From Macrostomum lignano (Eukaryota): a stretch of DNA of 64,000 nucleotides. The stretch is from the NCBI GenBank assembly GCA_002269645.1, contig NIVC01002558.1, forward strand, positions 62,001 to 126,000, in the 5' to 3' direction. The notes beneath the pieces are model-generated. The model was not told where the DNA came from and ran no database searches. It saw nothing but the letters and a program-made list of their open reading frames with translations. Every line of letters begins with the position of its first letter. Within the stretch, counting starts at the first letter, position 1. Made by a program: the position numbers and the translations under genes. Of this stretch, positions 49,308 through 60,366 are shown in pieces.

Positions 49308-49799
49308 CAAATCAACCAATCAATCAATAAATCCATCAGTCAACAAATCAACAAATCCATCAATCAATCAATCAATCAGTCAACAAATCAACAAATCCAT
49401 CAATCAATCAATCAATTAGTCAACAAATCAACAAATCCATCAATCAATCAACTCAACACCCTGCAGAGCGTGCTGAAGGCGATCTCGCCGGTGTGGCAGC
49501 ACGCGGCCATCGACTCGGGCGACAGCAGGACCCGGGCCTCCTGGCGGCACTGGCTTAGCCTGGGTCCCACAAACGTGTTCCCCCTGCGGCAGCTCTGCCC
49601 GGCCAAGCTGCCAGTCACCGACCTGACTGGCCAGCAGTCGGTCGACGGCGAAGGCGACGAGTTGCAGTCACGCCGGCGACGTCAGGATCAGCAGCACGAG
49701 AACGGCGGCTACATCGGCAGCGAGGCCTCGGCTGCCAGAGGCGGCAGATATCAGGCCGACGTTCTTGACGGAGGCGCGATCGAGATCCACTATAAATAA
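37765..49799 (+). CDS. SLC6 Na+/Cl- neurotransmitter transporter, monoamine-type TM1; exons 37765-37897, 38767-39127, 42201-42471, 42897-43125, 44210-44322, 45190-45333, 46206-46305, 47827-47927, 48414-48635, 49467-49799 (668 aa; N-terminus uncertain)
   Basis: Motifs [81 protein letters not shown] and W..ISP. Exon lengths sum to 2007 nt, an exact multiple of 3. Confidence 0.93.
37925..38666. repeat. G-rich 7/15-bp repeat (GGGGAATGGGTAACA) in SLC6 intron 1
   Basis: Visible; G3/G4 runs every 3-5 nt. Confidence 0.95.
39140..39795. repeat. 20-bp minisatellite (CTGACACACTCAGATCCGAA)
   Basis: Begins about 12 nt after the donor at 39128. Confidence 0.95.
40365..40840. repeat. 20-bp minisatellite (AGAGACAGGAGAGTGCCAGA)
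   Basis: Visible; explains six overlapping ORFs. Confidence 0.95.
41560..42070. repeat. 21-22-bp repeat (GTGACAGGTAGAGGGGAATTA), copy 1
   Basis: Visible; same family as 44355-44790. Confidence 0.9.
43385..44075. repeat. 30-bp minisatellite (AAAGTATTCAGTGTACTTTTAGTGATCAGT)
   Basis: About 23 units; gives 10-aa periodic ORFs on both strands. Confidence 0.96.
44355..44790. repeat. 21-bp repeat (GTGACAGGTAGAGGGGAATTA), copy 2
   Basis: Visible. Confidence 0.92.
45486..45866. repeat. (GAGAG/GAGAGAG)n purine tract
   Basis: Visible. Confidence 0.95.
46490..47475. repeat. 23-bp minisatellite (TTGAATAGCTATCAAAATGGC[G/A]C)
   Basis: About 40 units. Confidence 0.96.
48294..48383. mobile_element. ~90-bp MITE-like remnant
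   Basis: Left end ACTGGCGGATCC and right end GAATCCGCCACTG are inverted; internal GGGGGG-TCACAA-CCCCCC hairpin. Confidence 0.5.
48760..49452. repeat. (ATCA)n-type microsatellite
   Basis: Visible; ends about 15 nt before the acceptor at 49466. Confidence 0.95.
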
Positions 49800-50904
49800 A
49801 TATGTGACGATTCACGCGCTGCGCATTACTGCTGGCTATTATGTGAGGACTAGTAGCGTAGTGAGAATAGTAAGCCTATTTTACACGACGAAAATCTCTT
49901 TTTTTCCGGAATAGAGATTTTGGCGCAAATTTAAATTTGAATCAATTTGAACAGAAAATAAAGTTTGCGTACACTGTACAATCACCATTGCCTAACGTTA
50001 ACCTCAACACGCACCATTGCACATGTTAAATTGGTACTGTTTATTACAATTTTTATCAACATTTTCCTAATTATTTCTTTCTCGAATTTATAAATTAACA
50101 AAAAACACACCTTATTATAGCAGTGTAAGCGTTTTACTTTATAAAAAAACAATATACTAGAGCCGCCGCAAATATCTACAAATATAAAAAAACTGTTATA
50201 AGAGCGCACGCAATTGTGTATTTGTTTCATTTTAAATCAAAGAATTGCTATTATATTGACAGTTGCAAGATACAAGTGGGTAAAGACACAAGCTCGAAAT
50301 AGAGTTCATCCGCTTACGTATATGCATGCAAAAAAATAAATGTCAATTTTTTCTAAGCTGCATAAATTAATAGAAATAAATAGAAGTGTCTCCGACAGGT
50401 GACTAAAAATAATTGATATTGCGATATAAACGATTGTATAGAGAGATATTAGATTCAGCTGATACAACTGTATAAGGTCACTCCGGTAGGATAATAAATC
50501 ACTGTTATTAACAGCCTGTATTGCCTGCGCAGAAATATTAACAAAAACAATAAAACAATATTAAGCAGAATTCCATAATTACTAGAACACGAGAAGCAAG
50601 CGAGAGAAGGTCCCAAATAATCTAAAGAAGATAAGGACTTAAGCGGAATTGCAAGAGTATAAATTATAGGCTACAGAAATAGACTAAGTTGTGAGGAAGG
50701 AGGAGATAAAATATAGACCGGACATTATGCAACAGTTTATCGGGCAAAATCGATATTTGCATAGGTTTTATTTGCATATTAGTTAAGACTAAACGTGTTA
50801 ATGTTTATTGTGTGTTCAAACAATTTCAAGGGAAATATAATTATCTTTCGTTTCATTAAAGACAAAATTAATTTCGCCTTTGCCGAGGAGTTGGGTAGCT
50901 GGGG

Positions 50905-51860
50905 ATCAGATAGGATCAAGACTGCAATCGGGGATTAGATGGGATCAAGACTGCAATCGGGGATTAGATGGGATCAAGACTGCAATCGGGGATTAGATGG
51001 GATCAAGACTGCAATCAGGGATTAGATGGGATCAAGACTGCAATCAGGGATTAGATGGGATCAAGACTGCAATCAGGGATTAGATGGGATCAAGACTGCA
51101 ATCAGGGATTAGATGGGATCAAGACTGCAATCGGGGATTAGATGGGATCAAGACTGCAATCAGGGATTAGGTGGGATCAAGACTGCAATCAGGGATTAGG
51201 TGGGATCAAGACTGCAATCAGGGATTAGATGGGATCAAGACTGCAATCGGGGATTAGGTGGGATCAAGACTGCAATCAGGGATTAGATGGGATCAAGACT
51301 GCAATCGGGGATTAGATGGGATCAAGACTGCAATCAGGGATTAGGTGGGATCAAGACTGCAATCAGGGATTAGATGGGATCAAGACTCCCAGTAGGATTA
51401 GATGGGATCAAGACTCCCAGTAGGATTCGATGGGATCAAGACTCCCAGTAGGATTCGATGGGATCAAGACTCCCAGTAGGATTAGATGGGATCAAGACTC
51501 CCAGTAGGATTAGATGGGATCAAGACTGCCAGTAGGATTAGATGGGATCAAGACTGCCAGTAGGATTAGATGGGATCAAGACTGCAATCAGGGATTAGGT
51601 GGGATCAAGACTCCCAGTAGGATTAGATGGGATCAAGACTGCAATCAGGGATTAGGTGGGATCAAGACTCCCAGTAGGATTAGATGGGATCAAGACTGCA
51701 ATCAGGGATTAGGTGGGATCAAGACTCCCAGTAGGATTAGATGGGATCAAGACTGCAATCAGGGATTAGGTGGGATCAAGACTCCCAGTAGGATTAGATG
51801 GGATCAAGACTGCAATCAGGGATTAGGTGGGATCAAGACTCCCAGTAGGATTAGATGGGA
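50905..51860. repeat. 29-bp minisatellite (GATTAGATGGGATCAAGACT[GCAATCAGG/CCCAGTAG]) in the SGPP 3' region
   Basis: Two unit variants that alternate towards 51500-51850. Confidence 0.95.
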
Positions 51861-54800
51861 TTAAGATCGGTGAAGGCGATAATCCGCTCGATGCCGATGC
51901 GCCTGAACAGGATGGGGCAGGTGTAAACAACATTAAATGACACCAAACTGTAGGTGACAAATTTGTACGGCAGTTCCACCTGCAGCAGCTGCAGATTGGC
52001 GGCTTTTTCCTCCGGGTCCAGGCCGTACAGGAGACACAGGCATCTGTAGGTCAGCGCCTTCATAGCGCTGCGGGTGGCAATGAGCACAGTGCCGCCCAGG
52101 GCCATCCGCATTGCTGTGCTTCCCAAGAACTCGAGGTCTGGGAACTTCACCGCGTAGGGCGGCGGCGCCGGCGGCCGGTTATAGAATCCCTGCAAGGCCG
52201 GGGTGTCAATGAACCTGAAGGAATCTTAATGAACCTGAAGGAATCTTAATGAACCTGAAGGAATCTGAATGAACCTGAAGGAATCTGAATGAACCTGAAG
52301 GAATCTTAATGAACCTGAAGGAATCTGAATGAACCTGAAGGAATCCTAATGAACCTGAAGGAATCTAAATGAACATGAAGAAATCTTAATGAACCTGAAG
52401 GAATCTGAATGAACCTGAAGGAATCTGAATGAACCTGAAGGTATCTTAATGAACCTGAAGGAATCTTAATGAACCTGAAGGAATCTAATGAACCTGAAGG
52501 AATCTTAATGAACCTGAAGGAATCTAATGAACCTGAAGGAATCCTAATGAACCTGAAGGAATCCTAATGAACCTGAAGGAATCCTAATGAACCTGAAGGA
52601 ATCTTAATGAACCTGAAGGAATCTTAATGAACCTGAAAGAATTTAAATGAACCTGAAGAAATCTTAATGAACCTGAAGGAATCTGAATGAGCTGAAGGAA
52701 TCTGAATGAACCTGAAGGAGTTTTAATGAACCTGAAGGAACCTAAATGAAGAGGAGCTTCTGAATGAAATTGCAGACCAGCTCACCTGCCGATAGGCCAG
52801 CCAGGAGGCCACGGAGACGCCGCACATCACAGCCACAGTCATGCTAGAGTCGCCCCGAGCCGAATTCCACTGATCCAATTTCGGATAAGAGCAGCAGAGC
52901 AGCAGCAACACCAGCGGGATAATCACCGGTGCCCAGGGATGGGTCAGCTGGAAATTGTCCATCGAGTCGAGCAGCGGCGAAATTCCGGCTAAGAAGGCGA
53001 CGCCGAACAGCGCGCCACCGGTGACGTCCTGAGTTGTATAAAAAGAGATTAGTGAAATATTCTATTGTTGTCTACTCTGAGTAGGCGATTGAAGGCGCTG
53101 CCGCTTTTTCTTAAGAACCGGTTTGCGTATCGATAGTTTAAATATATTCTCAAAAACAGCTAAGCAACCCTTGGTTTTCGCTGGCGCACAGCAGCGCACT
53201 TCCCAAATGAAATGGCGCTCTTCCCAAATAAAATGGCGCCCTTCCCAAATCAAATGGCGCCCTTCCCAAATGAAATGGCGCCCTTCCCAAATGAAATGGC
53301 GCTCTTCCCAAATGAAATGGCGCCCTTCCCAAATGAAATGGCGCTCTTCCCAAATGTAATGGCGCTCTTCCCAAATGAAATGGCGCTCATCCCAAATGAA
53401 ATGGCGCCCTTCCCAAATAAAATGGCGCCCTTCCCAAATCAAATGGCACCCTTCCCAAATGAAATGGCGCCTTTCTTAAATAAAATGGCGCCTTCCCCAA
53501 ATGAAATGGCGCCCTTCCCAAATAAAATGGCACCCTTCCCAAATGACATGGCGCCCTGAATTCTATAAAAGCGCAAATCAGAACAATCCGTCCGTTATAA
53601 ATGGGAATGCATCGATCAATTTAATTGCATAATTTCGCTACAATTTTATTCAAGTGCATTTTCATCACGCCTACTATACTACTTAAAGCCGTTCAGTAGT
53701 TCACTCCGGATGCCTGACACGACACTAAACAACATACACCAGAGAAAACATACAGACACAACTACTTATAACTTGTAGTTCCATTGATTATAAGGTAGCT
53801 TTTATTATTTATTACATTGCGCTTTTAGTTAATTATAAATTTCGCTCATGAAAAAAAACTTATGAAAAACTTTAACTTCTCATACCGAACTGGCCATGTA
53901 ATTGAAAAAGTACGCGATGAACTTACCAGAACGCTGTGCATGCCCAGGTAGATTCTGCTCAGGCAGACCAGGACAGACCACATTGAGCACAGCAGGAACC
54001 CCAGCTCTGTTGAGTACTGGGAAAGCAGAATGGAACAGTGGATAAAAAACTCTTCCATAGAGTGATTAGAGGTGACGCCTAAACCTTCAACTCAGTGACA
54101 AATGGCAGAATGTCACTGCATTCATCTCAAACCTTCAACTCAGTGACAATGACAGAATGTCACTGCATTCATCTCAGTGACAAATAGCAGAATGTCACTG
54201 CATTCATCTCAGTGACAAATGGCAGAATGTCACTGCATTCATCTCAGTGACAAATGGCAGAATGTCACTGCATTCATCTCAGTGACAAATGGCAGAGTGT
54301 CACTGCATTCATCTCAGTGACAAATGGCAGAATGTCACTGCATTCATCTCAGTGACAAATGGCAGAATGTCACTGCATTCATCTCAGTGACAAATGGCAG
54401 AATGTCACTGCATTCATCTCAGTGACAAATTGCAGAATGTCACTGCATTCATCTCAGTGACAAATGGCAGAATGTCAACTGCATTCATCTCAGTGACAAA
54501 TGGCAGAATGTCACTGCATTCATCTCAGTGACAAATGGCAGAATGTCACTGCATTCATCTCAGTGACAAATGGCAGAATGTCACTGCATTCATCTCAGTG
54601 ACAAATGGCAGAATGTCACTGCATTCATCTCAGTGACAAATTGCAGAATGTCACTGCATTCATCTCAGTGACAAATGGCAGAATGTCACTGCATTCATCT
54701 CAGTGACAAATGGCAGAATGTCACTGCATTCATCTCAGTGACAAATGGCAGAATGTCACTGCATTCATCTCAGTGACAAATGGCAGAATGTCACTGCATT

Positions 54801-57450
54801 CATCTCAGTGACAAATTGCAGAATGTCACTGCATTCATCTCAGTGACAAATGGCAGAATGTCAACTGCATTCATCTCAGTGACAAATGGCAGAATGTCAC
54901 TGCATTCATCTCAGTGACAAATGGCAGAATGTCACTGCATTCATCTCAGTGACAAATGGCAGAATGTCACTGCATTCATCTCAGTGACAAATGGCAGAAT
55001 GTCACTGCATTCATCTCAGTGACAAATTGCAGAATGTCACTGCATTCATCTCAGTGACAAATGGCAGAATGTCACTGCATTCATCTCAGTGACAAATTGC
55101 AGAATGTCACTGCATTCATCTCAGTGACAAATGGCAGAATGTCACTGCATTCATCTCAGTGACAAATGGCAGAATGTCACTGCATTCATCTCAGTGACAA
55201 ATGGCAGAATGTCACTGCATTCATCTCAGTGACAAATGGCAGAATGTCACTGCATTCATCTCAGTGACAAATGGCAGAATGTCACTGCATTCATCTCAGT
55301 GACAAATTGCAGAATGTCACTGCATTCATCTCAGTGACAAATGGCAGAATGTCACTGCATTCATCTCAGTGACAAATGGCAGAATGTCACTGCATTCATC
55401 TCAGTGACAAATTGCAGAATGTCACTGCATTCATCTCAGTGACAAATGGCAGAATGTCACTGCATTCATCTCAGTGACAAATAGCAGTACAATTCTGCAT
55501 CGCAATGTTCTCAAGCATCATAGAGCTGTCAGTTTATAACAAAAAATTGCTAAATTTGCCAAAAATCGACCAAATCATTGATATTACTGCCTAAAATGAA
55601 GTTCTAGTTCTCTCAGGCGAGCAAACACAATGCCCAGAGCTTTATTGGCTCACACGGCAAAAAAAAGTTCGCCTTGAGCAAACACTAGCTGTCAAACAAA
55701 AAGGCTGTCAATACAGGGGAATACCGCTCAGAACCGTAAGCTGCATCTGAAACGAAGGTAGCTAATTAGTATAAAAGGTTGGTACTCAATCAGCTTCCCA
55801 AAAAATTGAATACACAGATATGCGACGTTGAGATAATAATTTTGGTAGCTTTTTCAGAGGCTAAACGTAGATTAGAATCGTATTTGTCTCTCCAATCAGT
55901 GCTTGCTGACAAGAGAATTTGCTTAATAAATCACCGCTGGTCATTGATGAGGACCACATGATTACAGGATGAAGCTACCGCTGAATGGTTTAGCGATAAT
56001 TAAAAACAAATCTGTGAGACAGGATTTTGCTGCGCCGAATATTCCATGGCTGAATATAGATTCTCGTTGCAAGGATTTGGGATTACTATGGAATTAGGCT
56101 TGTACCATGGATTCCAGATTAGAACACCTGGGATTCTGAAATAAAATACCTGGGAATATGGAGTAAGACCTGGAATTTTCAAGTAAAACACCTGGATTCT
56201 GGATTAAAACACCTGGGATTCTGAACAAAAACACCTGGGATTCTGAACAAAAACACCTGGGATTAGAAACAAAAACACCTGGGATTAGAAACAAAAACAC
56301 CTGGGATTCTGAACAAAAACACCTGTGAATCTGAACAAAAACACCTGGGATTCTGAACAAAAACACCTGGGATTCTGAACAAAAACACCTGAGATTGGAA
56401 ACAAAAACACCTGGGATTCTGAACAAAAACACCTGTGAATCTGAACAAAAACACCTGGGATTCTGAACAAAAACACCTGTGAATCTGAACAAAAACACCT
56501 GGGATTAGAAACAAAAACACCTGTGAATCTGAACAAAAACACCTGGGATTCTGAACAAAAACACCTGGGATTCTGAACAAAAACACCTGTGAATCTGAAC
56601 AAAAACACCTGGGATTCTGAACAAAAACACCTGGGATTCTGAACAAAAACACCTGGGATTAGAAACAAAAACACCTGTCACCACTGCAGCCACCCATCAC
56701 CTCATGCATCACCGCTGCAACCTGATCAAGTGACGATGTTCAACTCACCAAGTAGCGATTCCTGGTGAGCAGGAACAGTGAAAACGGCACAACAATCGCT
56801 GTAGTCGCGTGAGTAGACGGAAAGCCGTACTCAAGTTCGTATCGCCTCTCCAGTTTAGCCACAGGCGGACTGGCTGGCCTAGGACTCCTAATGAGGTCCT
56901 TGAGAGCCTGGCCGAACCACATTGAGAAGCCCCAGGCGATGACAACCCGACGACAAACGTAGCCATCAACGTTCCAGAACCAGTAGGGAAAAAATGTACA
57001 GTTGAATTCCTCATTGCCAAGCATTGCGCCGAATGTGAACAGATGATGGAGGAATAGATTCTTAATCTTGTAATCAACGTTATTTCGCATCGAATAGTCC
57101 ATTAAAGTGTTTTGTACTCGACATTTTACACTATCTGTCCAAGATTGCGATTTGACGTCCTCGGCTACAGCGCTGTGAATTTTATTCTTTTGCTGTTGCT
57201 GCTTGCCGCCAGCTGTGCTGTTCTGTGCTCTGCGCCGGACCGCAGCTGCAGTTATCGATACGTCCTCGGCCCCGGAGTCCGTCAGATCCGTATCGCAGTT
57301 ATTATTGGAGTCCTCATCTTCTTCCTCCTCGTCCATAGAGTTCAATCCGCTGTCCTTGTAGCCAATGTCGATGCCGCAGACATCCTGAAAGCTGGCTACC
57401 AGCTTTGGATTATTCAACTGCTCCACCAGGTGCTTGATAGATTCCAGCAT
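51851..57450 (-). CDS. SGPP1: Sphingosine-1-phosphate phosphatase (PAP2 family); exons 57450-56749, 54016-53927, 53028-52786, 52189-51851
   Basis: PAP2 motifs KDLIRSPRP, EYGFPSTH and SRIYLGMHSVL|D, plus LGNEEF, WNVD and C-terminal VELPYKFVTY. All junctions are phase 0 GT-AG. SGPP1 versus SGPP2 cannot be resolved. Confidence 0.94.
52208..52750. repeat. 20-bp minisatellite (AATGAACCTGAAGGAATCTT) filling SGPP intron 3
   Basis: About 27 units. Confidence 0.95.
53195..53557. repeat. 21-bp minisatellite (AAATGGCGCCCTTCCCAAATG) in SGPP intron 2
   Basis: Visible. Confidence 0.93.
54085..55482. repeat. 35-bp palindromic minisatellite (CAGTGACAAATGGCAGAATGTCACTGCATTCATCT) in SGPP intron 1
   Basis: About 38 nearly identical units. 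Confidence 0.97.
56160..56680. repeat. 22-bp minisatellite (AAAAACACCTGGGATTCTGAAC) in SGPP intron 1
   Basis: Visible. Confidence 0.94.
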
Positions 57451-58593
57451 CGCTTGTCCTGCAGGCTCGTCAGCTACACGGGAATTCTATTTAAGCCAGC
57501 GTCTTATATCCTAGTAGCTTTGCTAACAACGCCCTTTACGCTGACGTCTATTGGATCAGCCAATTGCAGGGCGAACGCCCTGCAAAAAATATGCGTCAGC
57601 CACTGTTAGCGGGTAACAACTCGGGGTAGGGTTTTTTGAGGCTGTGAAATTTTTTCAATCATAAAAGTGATGGGGGAAGCTGTAGAGCAGGATAGGATGT
57701 GTACTTTTATGTGACAAGTCGGACTATAGTGGACTCAGAGGGCCCGGGGGGCGACAGTGGATAGGTCTGAGAATTCGGGATAAAGGAAGACAAGGCGAGG
57801 TAAAATTGATTGAGATTTCTAAAAATAGCACGCACAGGTGCCTCCTGTCTGCTCAAAACCAAAGACACGACGGCAGGTCAAGGTAGGCCTCTCTGTGTGA
57901 CCGCGATCAGTTCATAATTTTCAGTGCAATCGATGTTAAGAAAAAATAGGGAGGGAAAGAGATTTGAACTAAATGCTATCCTACTGACGGGCATCTGACA
58001 GAAGAGCTGCATGCACGGTAGCAGGACTGAGCGCACGAATCCATGGCGTGTTCCTTTCCAGTACGGGCCAACTTTAGTATTCTGATGAGCTGCCCATGGC
58101 GTGACAGAGCAGAGGGGGGAGAGCAGAGCAGGACAAATGAGCAAAGCAAATGGTAAGCATAGGGCTGATACAAATCGATCGAACCAGATTAGAGGCTCAC
58201 TGCTGTCTCAAAATCGATGAGTTCGACCGACCTACAAGTCTTAATGAGGCTCAAGTTCGTTGCTCGAGTGTGCATTAACCAGACAAACACGATCTAATTA
58301 TTTCTGTTTTCTCTATTTTCCTAATCTAAATAAGGTCGATACGGCCCAGTAAATTCAACTGCAGGTCAGCGAATTTGCCGAACGCACCGCTACAAAGTTA
58401 AGCAGAGTTGATCGCGGTTAGTACGCAGCTGATTAGACTGCTTGCGTCGCCTCTCAACTCAAAGCAGCCGCCGTGAGCGAGATGGGCAAATTAATTTGAG
58501 CTCTGCAGTTTAACTCCGGCGGTGATCCAGTAGCATAGCAAAATATGATAGTAAAATATGATTGAAATACTTTTTAACTATTGCACTTTGATT

Positions 58594-58716
58594 GGGGTTG
58601 TAGCCTAGTGGTTAGAGCGTCAGACTCACGACTGAAAGGTCGGGGGTTCGATTCTCGACTCACTCGTAACCATTTGTGTCCTTGAGCATGACACTTAACT
58701 CTGCATTGCTTCAGTT
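58594..58716 (+). mobile_element. tRNA-derived SINE, intact head, 3' truncated
   Basis: GGGGTTGTAGCCTAGTGGTTAGAGCGTCAGACTCACGACTGAAAGGTCGGGGGTTCGATTCTC continues into GTGTCCTTGAGCATGACACTTAACTCTGCATTGCT, shared with the 12722 copy. Confidence 0.8.
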
Positions 58717-60366
58717 TATTGCTTTAAGAGCCCCCGCCCAGTCCTTGGACTGAACTGAACAGCCGTACGCAGCCTTCAGATACGCCGCGCAATAGCTGCG
58801 GCTGAGCTGTTGGTTGCACATCTGCCCATTAGGTCAGGTGTAATCAATTACGAGCTATTATTATTTTTTAGTACATTAGATTGCAGTTAATCAAGTGAAT
58901 TTTGATGGTAAAAAAATTCAAAAAGGTTCAATAATTGATGCTTTCATATATACAGGTATCAATATGTACACTTTTTGAAAGCCTAAAAGATGGCATAATA
59001 ATTTAACCTATTAGCAATATAAAACAGTATAAAAAAGTGCAGATATCTCAGGTAGCTAGCCAGATCAATTTGCGAAACATGAGAGATAGCCAAGAATTTT
59101 TTGATAGCTTAGAACTTAGGAATCCATTGAATTACCTTCCCTTTGATGACATTGGTTAATATTAACATCAAAGCAATTCGGTGCACTGCATTACAGTAAT
59201 GACCCGGCCAATAGCTAATTAGCAAATTCAACAAAATCATAGGAATCTCTAAATAGGCAGCTGAGTTGCTTCCCCTAATAAAGGGTCTAGGGAAAGCCAA
59301 CCACAACAGGACATACCCTTCCCTGTAGCTGGGTGTGAATAATATCATCAAAAAATTCTCATAATAGCCTAATTTTCAGTTCCAATATAGTTTACTATAT
59401 AGCTTTAAATACTGAATTCATCGTTTCAAGTATTAAAAACAATATAAATATGAACTAGGGAGAAGAACACTTAGGTAAAAATCTATTGCTACATGCTGTA
59501 TATATAAATGAAGATCATAGTAAAAAGAACTAGTATTCAAATAAAAATTTAGCAGCTTAGTTCCTATGAGCTATATAGCTTTCTTAGCTTATATACCCTA
59601 AATCCTGAATTTGTTGGTCATATAGGCCTATACTTGTATAATTTTGACAAGTTATGTCTATCTACACTTATCTTTGCAAAGAAGCAAGTTATTCGACAAT
59701 TATATTGTATGTCTTACTTAAAAACTGCTTTTAATATAATTTATATTATCTCTATCATAGTTTTATCATACAATATTTACTTGAAATTATATGAGAAACA
59801 GATCCTAGGCCTAGGGCTAGCAGCTAGGGGTAAAAGACCACTAAAGATATGTAGAGATTGGCCTGGCCTATATGATCAGAAATTGTTTTCCATTGTTTCT
59901 GATAATATACGTTAGTATAAAGGAAAGGGGAATTATTACTTACTACTACTAGGTATGAGCAAAATTCCTGAGAAGTATATAAATTTGTAAAAAACAACAA
60001 ACAGTTACACATTTTTAAGTATAGTTAAAAAATAAAAATAAAAACTACAACAAAAAATAAAAACTAAATATATGGGCTTGATCAAGAGTACAGACATAGC
60101 TAATTGACTTTAAAGTTTTATATCAATAATATTCTATACAGTACACTAATATTATAGACGTACACATTGAGTTTTTCCAAATGCCACTAATGATAGTTAG
60201 CAAAGTATTGTAATTTTATTGATTGCTGCATTTATATTTAAAAAATCTAACATTGCTGTACAATGCAATGCAACATGCGGGTGAGCTTTTGGTTTCAGAA
60301 TGGAAGCAAACAAGCATGTGGCGCCGCATCTTTTCATGGAATATCTTACAAGTAAACGCGATAAAA

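Noticed and set aside
54085-55482. CRISPR array (palindromic ~35-bp repeats)
   Set aside because: There are no unique spacers (the units are contiguous and identical), no cas genes, and the context is a eukaryotic intron.
58594-58670. Functional tRNA gene (CAC anticodon-like loop)
   Set aside because: The acceptor stem does not close, and the sequence runs into the SINE core shared with 12722.
59109-59351. Possible decayed RT fragment (minus strand)
   Set aside because: No unambiguous RT motif could be read.
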